DNA of 64,000 bases from Octopus sinensis (GCF_006345805.1 NC_042998.1:134230001-134294000), one strand, 5' to 3'. Numbered from the stretch's first letter, positions 38,401 to 51,955 are shown. Made by a program: numbers and translations. Notes: generated from the sequence alone by a model not told the origin.

Positions 38401-41400
38401 ATCATGTCTTTCTAGGCCTTCCTCTTTTACAGATTCCACCCACCTCAAGTGCTCAAATGACAATCATGTATATGCATCATATGCTCATGCTTGAGTAATC
38501 TTCATTCATGCACATTGCATCTCATTCTTCTTATATCCAGCTTTTCTTGTGGCTCATTTGTCCTATGTTGTTTATGAACACTAACAACTCATATCCAGAA
38601 GAATATTCTTGCTTCATTAATTTCTAACCATTGCAAATCTCTATTCATGGCTCATAACTTGCTACCATGCAGCATTACACTTTGTACCCATGCATCATCT
38701 AATTTTCCCTTTGGTCTGTGGTAGAAATCATTTGTGCCCAGAACTTTTTCCTCCTCACTCTTATTCTGGATATTATCTTTTTGGAACACCTGCTGCTGCC
38801 AATTAATTCACCAAGCTAACAAAAGCTATCAACTACTTCTAGTCAGCCTTCTGAGTACTTGAAGGAATATATTTCATGTATATTCTTACTGTTAACTGCT
38901 CCTGTGCTTCTGCTACAAATGAAGTTTACCTTCCCTAACCAGCCTGCCTGTCATTCCACTATACCTCTAGTGCAGCTGTGGTTGCACTGAATTCACTGTA
39001 TAAAATTTTACCTGTTCTTTTACTTCAAATCAAACTCAACCATTTCTCTGACTCTATAGCAGGGCTCTGCTTTCTTTTCTGTTTACTAAAAGCTTTAGTT
39101 GTTGCTAAATTTACTTTGAGGTCTCTCAATTTCAGATTTTGCTTCTATGTAAACATTTATATATATATATATAAAATGTAAAAATGTAAATACCTTGTGG
39201 ACCAAGGTGGGTGAGTATGTTTTGAGTATCACTGCTTTGCTCTGGTTAATGATATAAAGCAGATGGAAAGCAAATCTCTACCTGGATAAGATACTAGTCT
39301 ATGCTCAGTAACAGTTGCTTTTTTTCCAATCTAAAAGTCTCAAAATTTTCTAGGTATATATAACAGTCACTGAGTTTAAACATACTATGGTATCTTTTCA
39401 TTGTTAAGTAGGCTATACCATTGAGACCTAAGTGCTTTTTCTTTTTAAATATGGACACTGTATAGCACTGGTAACATGTTATAAACAGCTAATAAATGTC
39501 TTACCAATTCAATATGTTATAAAACTGATTGTTGTTTAACCTCACATCACCACTAATTTAACAGGCCTATGATCAAAGACATTCTAGCATTGCCCATCTC
39601 ATCATTGTCAGATTTCTTTGTATAGGACTATGTTATTGAATCTGATGTGGTAGGGTGTAATGTGAAGGAGATTTGGCTGCTATTTCTAGCTGGGAGAATG
39701 ACTACATAAACAATGCATTCTTTTCTCACAGTAAATCTTGTTTATCAGTCCAACATAAATCTGAGATGAAATGTCCAATTTCAGTTAAAATTTATCAGAA
39801 ATTTCCTGAATATTTGATTGGATGATTTTCTCATTAAATTTTGCGTCTTTATTATAGTGTTTACATAAATCATTTGTTTGAATGAATTATTAAGTCAAGT
39901 TTGAAATACACTCATAGCTCACTGGCTTTCTTAATCAGTTGAGAACAATGAAGTAATGAATAAACAAACAGGAACAAAAATAAGCTGTCAAAAGAAGATG
40001 AGACAAAACATTAGTGACCAAATGGAACAACATTACTTATTCATTTGTTATTTCAATATTTTTCTGTTCTTTGTGTATTTTGTGGGTTTTATTTTGTATT
40101 TGTTGTTTTGGCAACAACTGCCATTTGTGTGATTTAGCAAACTTCAGTAGAACACCATAACCGGTATCATCATCACAATACCATTACCAACATTCTAATT
40201 GCTTAGTCTGCTAGAAATAGTCGCCAGATTCCTACAGATCACACCCAGCTGTCTTAAAAAGAGAATGACACATTGGACAATGTAGTGCTAGATATAGAAA
40301 CAGATTGGTTGGTCATGGTTGGAACAGCTATGATAATGGGGTTGCTTAATCAGGGTTGACTTGAAGGTTAATCAATGCATTATCATCTTCAACAACATTA
40401 TTGTCACACATCAACATCATTATCCATTAAGCACCAGCCTCCTCAGCAACAATAATAACACTCACATCATCTCCGTTATCATTTAAACATCTTTACTATC
40501 ACCACCATCATTGTCGTCATCTTCATCATCAGTTACATTACATGCACATCCCCAGTCTGTTCTCCCTGCCTATCTATTGGTACCACAATGGACTTGCACC
40601 TAAACCAGGTATTAGTTTATCACCACTATCCAAACCTATGTGACACTCTTCCCTTTCTACCTCTCTGTTTACTCTATTCTGTGTCTCCTCCACAAAATAC
40701 AGCACAAATTTTTTTGCAGTCTTTTTTCTGTAGAATGTGAACTCTCTGAAAAATTCTCTCTACTAACATTTTTACAACAGATGATGTTCAAGCTGAACAT
40801 CAACCCTTTTAATCTCACCAGTCTTGGAAGACTTGTGAAGGTCATGGGCATTCTACTATACTTCTCAATAAGTCAGTAAAAATACCATTATCTACATAAA
40901 AAGCATTGGTGTGGATGCTGGTGTTACATAAAAAGCACTGATGATGGTGCCACGTAAAAAGCACCCAGTACATTCTGTAAAGTGGTTGGCATTAGGAAGC
41001 ATCCAGCCATAGAAGTCAAGCCAAAACAAATTATGGAACCTGGTGTGACCCCTGGCCTTGCCAGTTCTTGTCAAGCTATTCAGCCAATGCTTGCATGGAA
41101 AATGGACATTAAATGTTAATGATGATATGATGATTTTCATTGAACTGTTAAAGCTGGTGTTTTCTGCTGTCTTTTGTTTGCTTGTTATTTTCATTGTTGT
41201 AAAATACTACATTTTGAATGGAGTTACATCCTTTACTAGTTGTTACTTTTTCCATATTTGCGTACATGTACCCAGGCTGAGATTCAACTTCTGATCATTA
41301 ATTTCATATGGAGTTTCACCATTGAGCACATTACAAGTGTTGTGCTATCGTCATAATATAATAGGCTACCAGTTCCTTTGATAAAACAATTGGAATCTTT

Positions 41401-41877
41401 ATTTGTTGACAGTATGAGGTCTATTCACAAGTGTGTGCATGTGCATATATATGAGAATGTGTAAGTGTGTGTATAGAGCATCTGCGCATGTGAGCGTCTC
41501 AGTGCATGTGAATTAATATGAAATATTTTTAGTATCCTAAAACCGTTTGAGGAAACATTGTATGAAGTTGTTAGACATTTGTGAAAAAAGTATTGATTTC
41601 ATTCACTGAAACACAAACACGTGTTTAGACTGATGTTATGTTACGTTGATGTTTCTCTGCAATTTTATTCACACGGCCATCTGGTGTCTAACAACCTTCA
41701 GCTTGCTGAATTTACTTGTCTTTTGTATGTATGTATGTATGTATGTATGTATGTATGTGTGTGTGTGTGTGCTCATATACATATGTATGTGTTTGTGTAT
41801 GCATATATATATATGAAGTGTATAGATGTATGCTTGTGCATATAATTATAGGTTTACATATGTATAGGTTTCCATTA

Positions 41878-42041
41878 TTATCATCATCACCATTTAATGT
41901 GTTTTCCATGCCGCCATGGGTTGGATGACTTGATAGGAACTGGCAACAGCAAGTATCACATCAGGTTCCATGGTCTGTTTTGGTTTGGTTTCTATGGTTG
42001 AATGTCCTTCTTAATGCTAATCATTTTACAGTGTGTAGTGG
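41878..42041 (-). mobile_element. Decayed RTE 3'-end copy whose internal motif expanded into a minisatellite
   Basis: (CAT)n...TTTAATGT..TTTCCATGCC.CCATGGGTTGGATG, continuing directly into the 26-bp array. Confidence 0.7.
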
Positions 42042-42358
42042 GTGCTTTTTACATTGCACCATTACCAGTGCTTTTTACATAGCACTATCACCAGTGCTTT
42101 TTACATGGCACCAGCACCAATGCTTTTTACATGGCACCAGCACCAATGCTTTTTACATGGCACAAGCACCAGTACTTTTTATGTGGCACCAGCACCAGTG
42201 CTTTTTACATGGCACAAGCACCAGTACTTTTTATGTGGCACCAGCACCAGTGCTTTTTACATGGCACAAGCACCAGTACTTTTTATGTGGCACCAGCACC
42301 AGTGCTTTTTATGCGGCACCAGCACCAGTGCTTTTTACATGACACCAGTGCTTTTTAC
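42042..42358. repeat. 26-bp minisatellite, 11 full plus 2 partial units
   Basis: Unit GTGCTTTTTACATGGCACCAGCACCA; units 5-10 alternate between two variants, forming a 52-bp dimer. Confidence 0.95.
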
Positions 42359-42661
42359 TCACACACACACACACATGCTTGCTGTGGTGGATTCTTCATA
42401 ACCTTTGGAAATAGACATTCAGTTGTTAGAGCAACTGAACTTCCGTTTGTGAAATTAACAAGCAAGCAAATGAATTTCCACAAATCTCTATACCCTTAAT
42501 GAAATTCCCAAGCTAAATCAGCCCAACCATTTGTAACTGTCATATACAGTTTGTTACTTTATTTATGGACTCCCAAAGGTAAAGTTGAACTCAGAGTGCT
42601 GAGGTCTGAGATAAATACTGCAAGGCATTCTAGTTGATGCTCTGATTCTACCAATTTGTAG

Positions 42662-42988
42662 TCTTCCATGGAGCTCATGATGAATGACTTTGGTTGACAT
42701 TGGGTTGGTAAAGTGGTTGTTTAGCTCTGCTGTCACTTTTACTGCTGTAGTTCAATGGTTTTTAGACACAATATGTTACACTATTCTGCAGTTCCTCTCT
42801 ATGAACTTTGCATTCTGTCCAGAATTATGCTTGCCAGAGTTTGTTTTACTTTCTTTTTGGAATATTGGCATAATTTTAGAGACTGTACTGCTTGAAACAT
42901 TAAACAATTCAGTAGTTTTAGTGGGTGATGTTCCAACCAGCCACACTCCAACAATTTATCCTCTTTGAAAATCTGATAGGTCATACAT
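42662..42988 (-). pseudogene. Tc1/mariner transposase N-terminal (paired-like HTH) remnant
   Basis: Manual translation from ATG at 42988: MYDLSDFQRG*IVG...TKTTELFNVSSSTVSKIM...KHNSGQNAK...IVSKNH*TTAVKVTAELNNH...STKVIHHELH. Typical Tc1 N-terminus with three in-frame stops. Confidence 0.8.
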
Positions 42989-43146
42989 TTTAACTTCTTT
43001 AAATATCTGCAAAAATAAATAAATAAATAATAAAAAGGAAAAGAAAAACAGAAGGTTATCTCATCATGTACAAGGTATACATAATGCATGTGAACACGTA
43101 TATATATAGACTATAACTTTTTTGAATTTGTCATATTACTAGTTAA

Positions 43147-43367
43147 CCCTTTCGTTACTGTATTTATTTTGAGATGCTCTGTGTTTCTTTCAATTATTTT
43201 AAATATAACAAAGAATTTAGTAGAACAACTTAGTTATCATTAAGCTAGTGTTAGGAACATAAATTGTGACTAAGATTTGGTGGAAGATTTTAATTCAAAA
43301 CTTACGAAAACAAGACATTTGTATTACAGAGCCAGAGCTGGTTTCAGCTGGGTTGGTATCGAAGGAA
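43147..43367. mobile_element. piggyBac-type MITE (~220 bp), uninterrupted copy
   Basis: TTAA|CCCTTTCGTTAC...GTATCGAAGGAA|TTAA; homologous to 53128-53714. Confidence 0.8.
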
Positions 43368-44870
43368 TTAAATAAGTAATGTTTCCATTATTTTGTCCAC
43401 TTTAAAAACTGAAGACATAGAACTCAGTCCATAGAATATTTTCGTTTTTGTTTTCCTGTGAACTCCAGTGACACAAAGGCCTTTAGTTTGAGCTGATGCA
43501 TTTAAAAAACTGCATTTATGTATGTGTGTCTAGGTGGATGAGTAAATATGCTGATACTTATATATTTTCTTGTGCAAACATGCATATGCACATTTGTATG
43601 TATGTGTGCAAATGCATGTATATTCATATGTGTACATGTATTTTTATTCCTATGTATACTTGTGCTTATATATATGTATGTATGCTTGAGCATGTTCATA
43701 TATTTGTACATGTATGCTTGTGGATATGCACATATGTATATATCTCTCTATATGTAAGCAATTAAGTTCTTCAATAGAGATTACAAAGACATTTACAAGT
43801 ATAGCATAAAGCAGCAAAATGAGAATAGATCTTTGTATTATATACTTTTATATGAACTTTATTTTAACTTTTGATCTTAAGAATCTGGGAGGGTGTATTA
43901 AGTTCATCGGCTCTATCTCTCTTCCCGTGAATAATTGGTTTAGTGAACAATATGATTCCACTATGTGTCAAAGTCTTCAGTAGTTATTCTTTTTATTTGT
44001 CAACAATTTAACATTGATTTCTCACATAGTCACAATGCCGTCTTCCCTAAATAGCTGCACAGTTACTGAATGAACCCTAATATATTGTTAGTACTTATTT
44101 TATTGATCCTAAAACATTAAAAGATAAATTCAATCCTAGCAAGATTTGAACTTAGAATAATAGAAGGATGAGATTAAATTTATCAGCAGAATTGAGTCTT
44201 GTGTTCTGCTGTTTCTACTAATTTGTTGTCCTTTTATATTTTTATTCTAATAGACGAAATACGTTACTGCTTCTCTTTCATCGCAAACATAATAAAAACC
44301 AAAAAAATATTTCCAGTGGGATATGAACCCTAAGTTGATAGGAAAGCTAAATACTGTCGTTCATTTAATATTGCATTTTTTGTTTCCAGCATTTAAGGGA
44401 GCCTCTATTCAGTTGCTTCACTTATGTAAAAGTAGCAATCACATCTCTATTAAATAATATCCAACTGTCTTGAAAGTGATGATGAACATTTAACTGCTTG
44501 TACATCCTTCTAACAAGGAATTAAAAAAACAAAAAGAGCAAATAAAAAAAAACTGAAGATGTGCAAATTGCTTTACTTTTACAATTTTTTATGTGTAATT
44601 TAGAGGTGATCATTCCAAGACTTTTACTGTTATTTGACATATTTTTGGTTCCGAAATAAAGCTTTTTACATTAGCAAACATAAACAATAATTTTAAATAA
44701 CATATTTTTGGTTTCTGAAAGCTTTATTATTCACTATTATTTTTCCATTTCCCAATTTTTATCTTTAACACACAGAAATATAGAAATGTCAGACTGTATT
44801 GCTTTTAAAGTTTATATTCCATTTTTTGTTTGTTAATAATAATGATGATAATAATAATAATAATAAAATA

Positions 44871-45953
44871 TCATCATCATCGTTTAACATCTGCTTTCCA
44901 TGTTGGCATGGGTTGGATGGTTTGTCTGAAGACTGGCAAGCCAGGAGGCTGCACCAGGCTCCAATCTGATCTGGCAGAGTTTCTACATCTAGATGTCCTT
45001 CCTAACGCCCACCACTCCGAGAGTGTAGTGGGTGCTTTTACGTGCCACTGGTATTGGGGCCAGTCAGGCAGTACTGGCAACAGCCACGCTCAAATGGTGT
45101 TTTTACGTGCCACCTGCACAGGAGCCAGTCAAGCAACACTGGCAACAACCTCACTCAAATGTTGTTTTTCACATGCCACTGGCACAAGTGCTAGTAAGGC
45201 AATGCTGGTAACGATCATGCTCGAATGGTGCATTTTACGTGCCACCAGTATGGAAGCCAGTCAGCAGCCCTGGCAACAATCATGCTTGGATGGTCTTCTT
45301 AGCACTTCACTAGAACTGATGCCTGTCATGCAGTGCTGTCATTGAATTTGATTTCGATTTCACTTACCTCAACAGGTCTTCACAAGCTGAGTTTAGTGTT
45401 CAATGAAGGAAAGGTACACATAAGTGGGCTGGTTATACCACTGGCATAGGCCACGGGATTATGGTCTCACTTGACTTGCCGGGTCTTCTCAAGCACAGCA
45501 TATTTCCAAAGGTCTCGGCCATTAGTCATTACCTCAGTGAGGCCTAATGTTCGAAGGTCGTGCTTCACCACTTCCTGGGTCTACCTCTTCCACGGTTTCC
45601 CTTAACCACTAGGGTGTGACACTTTTTCACACAGCTATCCTCATCCATTCTCACCACATGACCATACCAGTGCAGTCGTCTCTCTTGCTCACCACATCTG
45701 ATGCTTCTTAGGTCTAACTTTTCTGTCAAGGCACTTACACTCTGTCGAGTATGCACACTGACATTACACATCCAGCAGAGCATACTGGCTTCATTCCTTG
45801 TGAGCTTACACATGTCCTCAGCAGTCATGACCCATGTTTCACTGCCATGTAGCATGGCTGTTCGTACACATGTCATACAGTCTACCTTTTATTCTGAGCA
45901 AGAGGCCCTTTGTCACCAGCAGAAGTAGGAGCTCTCTGAACTTTTCCCAGGCT
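44871..45953 (-). mobile_element. 5'-truncated RTE LINE: ORF C-terminus plus ~600-bp 3' UTR with repeat modules and (GAT)n tail
   Basis: AWEKFRELL...KGRLYD...CVRTAMLHGSETW...ERRLHWYGHVVRM...RGRGRPRK, contiguous with the 3' UTR shared by the many short copies. Confidence 0.9.
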
Positions 45954-46516
45954 ATATATATATATATATATATGCACAGGCATGGCTGTGCAGTAAGAAA
46001 TTTGCTTCCCAACCACATGTTTCTGGGTTCAGTCCCACTCTGTGCCACCTTGGGCAAGTGTTTTCCACTGTAACCTCAGGCTGATCAAAACCTTTTTGTG
46101 TGTGTTTGTGTGTGTATTTTTGTGTCTGTGTTTGAAAACTGGTGTTGGTTTGTTTACATTCCCATAACTTAGCAGTTTGGCAAAAAGGCCTAATAGAATT
46201 AATGCCAAGCCTAAAAGAAAAGTACTGGTGTTGATTTGTTTGACTAAAAACTTTTCAAGGCAGTGCCCCAGTGTGGCTGCAGTCTAATGACTGAAATGGG
46301 TAAAAGATAAAAGATATATATATATAAATTTATGAGCTGGTAGAATCGATAGCATGCCAGGCAAAATGCTTAGCAGCACTTCTTCCAGCTCTTTACATTT
46401 TGAGCTCAAATTCAACTGAGGTTAATAAAGTATCAATTTAATACTGAGATCCATTTAATTGACTTAACCCTCCCCCCAAATTGCTGGCCTTGTGTCAAAA
46501 TTTGAAAAAATTTGAA

Positions 46517-46563
<47 letters not shown>

Positions 46564-47582
46564 CATATTCTTTTTTTTATTCTATTAACCAATTAAGTTG
46601 TTGGGATGTATTGATTCAACTTTTTTATAAGCAAGCAAACATGCATTTCTTCCTAAGTATGTCTTAATCATTCCTGGGTTTTACCCTATTTCCTCCTTAA
46701 ATTTTCAACTCATTCAAATCATTCTTCCTCTTCTAATTCATTGCACTTTAAGTGGTTTATGTAATCTTAAGTTAAACATTAATAATAATTATTATGATAA
46801 TAGTCACAATCAAAATCACTAGTTTGACAAGGGTGGGGTGGGTTTCTCATACTTACATTTTTAAGAAATGTGCACAGCTGTGTATTTCCATCTGACCCTA
46901 ACACCAACTTATTTTCCATTGAGGTTTGACATTATTATGATGTAATTATGTGATTTGGTATTGTGTGGTATGTGTGTTTGGTGGGTGGATTTCTTTTCAA
47001 ATACAGCACACCCAAATCCAGAAATATAATTTGTGGAAACTTCTGCTTAATTTACTTCTAGAAATTCAAGAGGCTTATTTTTCTGTTTTCAACATTCTTA
47101 AATTATGGTGATTTTTTTTTGTGCGTTATGTTGCTGATATGTTCCTGAATGTTTTAGGCACTGTCAATAGCCACCTGGTTGGGAAACACTGTTTTGATAT
47201 AACTTTAGTGATTTGGCAAGCCTCATAAGTACTATATCCATCTGCATGTAGTGTGTTTAGAGGGGTAATCAGTTTGCCAGGAAAGATTCATTGACCCAGT
47301 GTGCCAGACTGATGAGATTTCATTTATACTAGATTGTGGATAAGATGGCTAGCACTATGACCAAGTATTCAGAAACATTATAAGATTAGTTCCATCTGTT
47401 AAAATGTATAAGATAGTTATTTGTTTGAATGAATGGTTTTATAAATTTCTTAAGATAGCCATCTGTGTATCATACTTAATGTATACACACTGTTGATAGA
47501 TCAGTTACTTCAGTATTTGTCATGAGATAACATCCCTGTTGAACTTGCTGTGTGCATGCCCTGAGCATGTAGCTGGTTGAGT

Positions 47583-48400
47583 ATATCATCATTATTTAAC
47601 ATCCATTTTCCATGTTGGCATGGGCTGGACAGTTTGATGAGCTGGCAAAGCTGGGAGCTGTACCTAGTTCCATTGTCTGTTTTGGCATGGTTTTACTGTT
47701 GGATGTCATTCCTAATGCCAACCACTTTACAGAGTATAATGAGTGCTTTTTTATGTGGCATCAGCACCAATGCTTTTAAGTGACACCAGCACCAGAGCTT
47801 TTTATGTTGCACCATTACCAACAGGGTCACCAAGTACTTTACAAGACAAAAATGCAAAAACCCCTCAGATGGGTGGGGAAGTAGTATTGAGTGGGGTTAC
47901 CTTTGTGCCATTTGAGAGATTAAAGGTATATAGAGGAACAGAAATAGGTGTCTTGCTGTAGATACATGAATACCTCTGTTGGAAAAGAAAGGAGAGTAAG
48001 TTTGAGAGTAAGATATGGAGAGAGAGGCCTTTAGTTGCCAACAGAGCTAAAATCTCTCTGAACTTTCTCCATTCTATTTTTATTCTAGCAATTACACTTT
48101 CAGTACTTCCCACTCCAGTGCAAATTAAGTTACTTTGGTAGCAGAAATTATCCATGAGAAAACCAACTTCCTGTGTATCTGTAGTCTTTATAGCTCCTGT
48201 GCATCTTCCACATACAAACACTACTTTCTCTGTTAACTTTCCTGGTTTTCACTGCATCTCTTGTGTGTCCATAGCTTTCACTGGGTACACTGAATGGAAT
48301 TCCTACCTACCCTTTTTCTACATATTGAGCAGGGCCATTGAAAAGGCCAAAACGCATCCAGCACTCTTGTTGGTTGCTACTGAGATGGGTTTTCATCTCT
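47583..48400 (-). mobile_element. Decayed, internally deleted RTE LINE fragment
   Basis: FVCGRCTG...FCY...ESVIARIKIEWRKFREILALLATKGLSL joined to the same 3' tail. Confidence 0.7.
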
Positions 48401-48790
48401 CTCTGATATTTATTGTGCTTTTAACTCACCAAATCCATAAGAAATGTTATCTACTGTAACTGGACTGTAAACAATGTATATACATAAGCATGATATGCAG
48501 AGGGTTATCTTAATTAAATATAGCCCCTATTGCATATACCAGATTTTTAGATATTATTAATTTTACTCTTGAAAGCTCCTCTTACTACTAAACCTGAGAA
48601 ATGGAAGACGTAACCTGTTGTTATCTAGGCAAACTGAAGCAAGCAGAATTACAGCTTTTATCTTATACATTGAGACATATTAATAGTAATAAGGCTATTA
48701 CCTGATGACCAGGTGATAATGATGTAGCACTTTAACCTCATTAACATTATATATCAATATTGAAAGAAAATCAAAGAACAAAATAATAAT

Positions 48791-49197
48791 CATCAACATC
48801 ATTGTTCGACTGTGGTCAAGACAATGGAATTTACCATGCTATGCCAGACTTCACGGTCCATCATGGCATTACAGAGGTCCTGTTGCTGGATGCCTGTATC
48901 CCTGGAGATTACATCAGGGTAGGAGAGTGTGTGCCCTCTGGTATTGCGAGTAGATGGCTTCCAGAGGAGAAGAGTAGAAATTACCTCTTTTTCAGCTCTA
49001 CAACAATGTCCAGCAAACTGGACTCTCCTACCTTTCACAAGAGATGACACAGGTGGTAGTTTCCCATATATTTGCATTTTGGTTGGATGGCGCTTCCACG
49101 AGAGATTTTGAGCTTTCATAAGGAGGCAAGTGTAGGTTCCATCCAACCGCCTCTCAAGCTTCTTTGATAACGTCCAGGTTTCTGAGCCATATAGTAG
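48791..49197 (-). mobile_element. 5'-truncated RTE-group LINE of a second family
   Basis: ILLYGSETWTLSKKLERRLDGTYTCLLMKAQNLSW...RRVQFAGHCCR...; tail ATGATGTTGATG; flanked by (AAT)n on both sides. Confidence 0.85.
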
Positions 49198-49215
49198 AAT
49201 AATAATAATAATAAT

Positions 49216-50543
49216 TTGTCATGAAAAGGGGACAGATAGTCAACAGTGAAGGCATTCCAATTACCAGATGGCCACGCATTAAAATCATTGAAAGAAGGAG
49301 AGAGATATAAGTATTTAGGAGTATTAGAATCTGATAAAGTACTAACTATAGAAATGAAAGCTAAAACTGAGGAGTACATCAGAAGGGTGAAGAAGCTAAT
49401 GAAATGAAAGCTAAATGGTCTGAATCTAGCGAAGGCTTTAAGTACTTGGGCAGTATCATTACTTAGATACTCAACAGCTTTTGTAGATTGTACAAAAACT
49501 GAATTAGTAAAGCTAGACAGAAGAACTAGGAAGGAATTCAATATGAATAGAGGACTCCCCAAGGGAAGGAGTAGCAAGATTATACTTACCTAGAAAGGAA
49601 GGTAGAAGAAGGTTAATATCAGTAGAAGATTGCATGGAGTTAGCTAGAGTAGATATAGACTACTATGTAGGTAATAATGAAGAAAGTTTAAGAACTGCTA
49701 GTCACATCAAAATGGGGAAATCAAAAATCCAAGCGAAGTTAAAATCCAGAAAAAAGAACAAAAGTTATCTGACTGGCAGAAGAAGGCTCTGCATTGTAGA
49801 TTCTCAAAGATATTTGCAGAAAGGAAGGCTGGAAAGGGAGACAGAAAGTTTGTTAGTAGCAGCACAAGATCAAGTGTTAAGGACTAATTGGTTTGACAAA
49901 AGCAAAGTAAACTCCCAATGTAGGTTATGCACATCAAAAGAGGAAAGTGTTTCTCATATACTAAGTGAATGTAGCATGCTGGCACAGAAAGAATACAAGA
50001 AAAGACATGATAACCTAGGGAGAGTAATCCACTGGGAATTATGTAGAAAGCTAGGATTTGACCAAACTGATAAATGGTATGAACATCAACCTAGCAAAGT
50101 ACTAAAAACTAAGAAATGTTGTGACACTTTAACATTCAGACGGACTGGGTAATAGACGCTAGAAGGCCTGATTTAGTAGTAGATAAATAGAATAGAAAGT
50201 GCCAGATAATTGACTTTACAGTCCCAAATGATGAAAAAATCAATATGTGAGGTGTAGAAAAAATAGCAAAGAACCAGGACCTAGTCATTGAATTATGGAG
50301 ACTATGGAGAGTGCAGGTAAAATGTATCCCAGTAGTTATAGGTGCATTAGGAACTATCCTCAAAGATTTGAACAGGTGAATAGAGGAAATAGGCATAAAA
50401 CCCAGTTTAGTATAGCTCCAGAAAACAGTGTTATTAGGGACAGCTAGGATACTTAAGAGGGTTCTTGGGATCTAAGGTTACTTGTTGTAGCCCGATGTTA
50501 GGAATTTTTCTTTTCCAGCAGTCCAATCTGTAGTGTGTATATG
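49216..50543 (+). mobile_element. 5'-truncated R4/Dong-type non-LTR retrotransposon (RT end, CCHC knuckle, restriction-like endonuclease)
   Basis: YKYLGVLE, LYLPRKEG, ETESLLVAAQDQ, CRLC...ESVSHILSEC, KKRHDN, RRPDLVV, IIDFTVP, PVVIGALG, QKTVLLGTARIL. Flanked by (AAT)n at 49198-49215 and 50544-50555. Confidence 0.9.
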
Positions 50544-50616
50544 AATAATAATAATCAACCATTTTCAAATCCAATATTTAAGATTTATTTGTCATTTTTC
50601 AATTTATTTTCTACAG

Positions 50617-50818
50617 CACCAATGTGGTGATGAACTATTCTGATGTCGAGGCTAAAGTACGAGAAGCCACAAATGATGATGCTTGGGGTCCACATGGCTC
50701 GCTAATGGGTGAAATTGCACAGTACACATTTACATACGAACATTTCCCGGAAGTAATGGGCATGCTTTGGAAACGAATGTTGCATGATAACAAGAAGAAC
50801 TGGCGACGAGTATATAAG
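50617..50818 (+). CDS. CLINT1: Clathrin interactor 1 / epsinR, internal exon, ENTH domain N-terminal part
   Basis: ttttctacag| acceptor and AAG|gtaaaa donor. Encodes TNVVMNYSDVEAKVREATNDDAWGPHGSLMGEIAQYTFTYEHFPEVMGMLWKRMLHDNKKNWRRVYK, which is epsinR-type rather than classical epsin. Confidence 0.95.
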
Positions 50819-51816
50819 GTAAAATTTCAGGATTAAGATTAATTAGAAAAAAAAACAATTTTACATCTCTGTGACACTTTTCATAGAAATTTATTCTTTA
50901 ATATTTAGTGTTATTATGTATGTGTATAATTTCAATAAATAGAATTGGTAGAAACTAGATTACTCTAAATTGTCTTTGAAAGTAAAGAATGCATATTTTA
51001 ATTACTAATTCATAAGCCAACACACACACAAAAGAAAAGAAAAAGAAGACAATGACTGCTAAGATCTAATGTGAGACATTCTGTATAAACACTCTCCAAC
51101 TATTTTATGATGCTCCCTACATGTTCCATACCTACAGGTATTGGTAGTCATGGACTGTCATGCCAACATCTTAATATTCCTGATATTTTGGGGGAAAGAT
51201 ATGACAGTGGTTTTTCATTGACTTCTGTTGGTTTATTTACAGTTTGATCTGCTAGTCTTCTGATTTCTTGAGCTTAAGTCACAGGATCTATTTAATCCTT
51301 AAACTAAGGAACCAATTCACATGCTGTCAGAGAATATTCTCATACACAATACAAGTCCTGAACACCTTAGCCACTGGATCATTTTCTGCTATTTGATTTC
51401 TCAACAACAGCAACAGCCTTTCACAGGAAGCCTATGATTAGCAGTGAGTTAAGATTAAGTGAAAGCAAGTTAAGATTACGTGAAAGTAAGTTAAGATTCA
51501 GTGAAACAGTGGACCAACAAGATATCATGTTGTTTGTGTCCAGTATTCTTAGTTATCCTGCATCTCACACTGACAACCTACAACTATTCAAGATGAACAT
51601 CAGCCACAATAATATAACCAAAGGGAAGCTTGCCAAGGCAATAGGCACTTCTGTTCTTCTGACTAACTTTTAAAAATGCATGCATATTCATGCATGCACA
51701 CATACAGCCAGTGTTTTTCTTTTCATTGAAACATGTTTGTAGGTTGTTGTCATTGTCCCTTCCACTTCCTTCACATTTAATATTACATGTATTATTTTCT
51801 ATCTTTCTTTGTCCAG

Positions 51817-51955
51817 TCTCTGCTGTTGCTATCCTACCTAGTGAAGAATGGTTCAGAAAGAGTGGTCACCAGTTCACGGGAACACTTGTATGATTTACGC
51901 AGCCTTGAAAACTATACCTATACAGATGAAAATGGGAAAGATCAGGGACTGAATG
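51817..51955 (+). CDS. CLINT1: Clathrin interactor 1 / epsinR, next exon, ENTH domain continuation
   Basis: tttgtccag| acceptor and G|gtaagt donor; joins in phase 0 to the previous exon. Encodes SLLLLSYLVKNGSERVVTSSREHLYDLRSLENYTYTDENGKDQGLN. Confidence 0.95.

Noticed and set aside
41621-43765. Multiple 65-120 aa ORFs
   Set aside because: They are translations of micro- and minisatellites, or off-frame reads of the Tc1 remnant.
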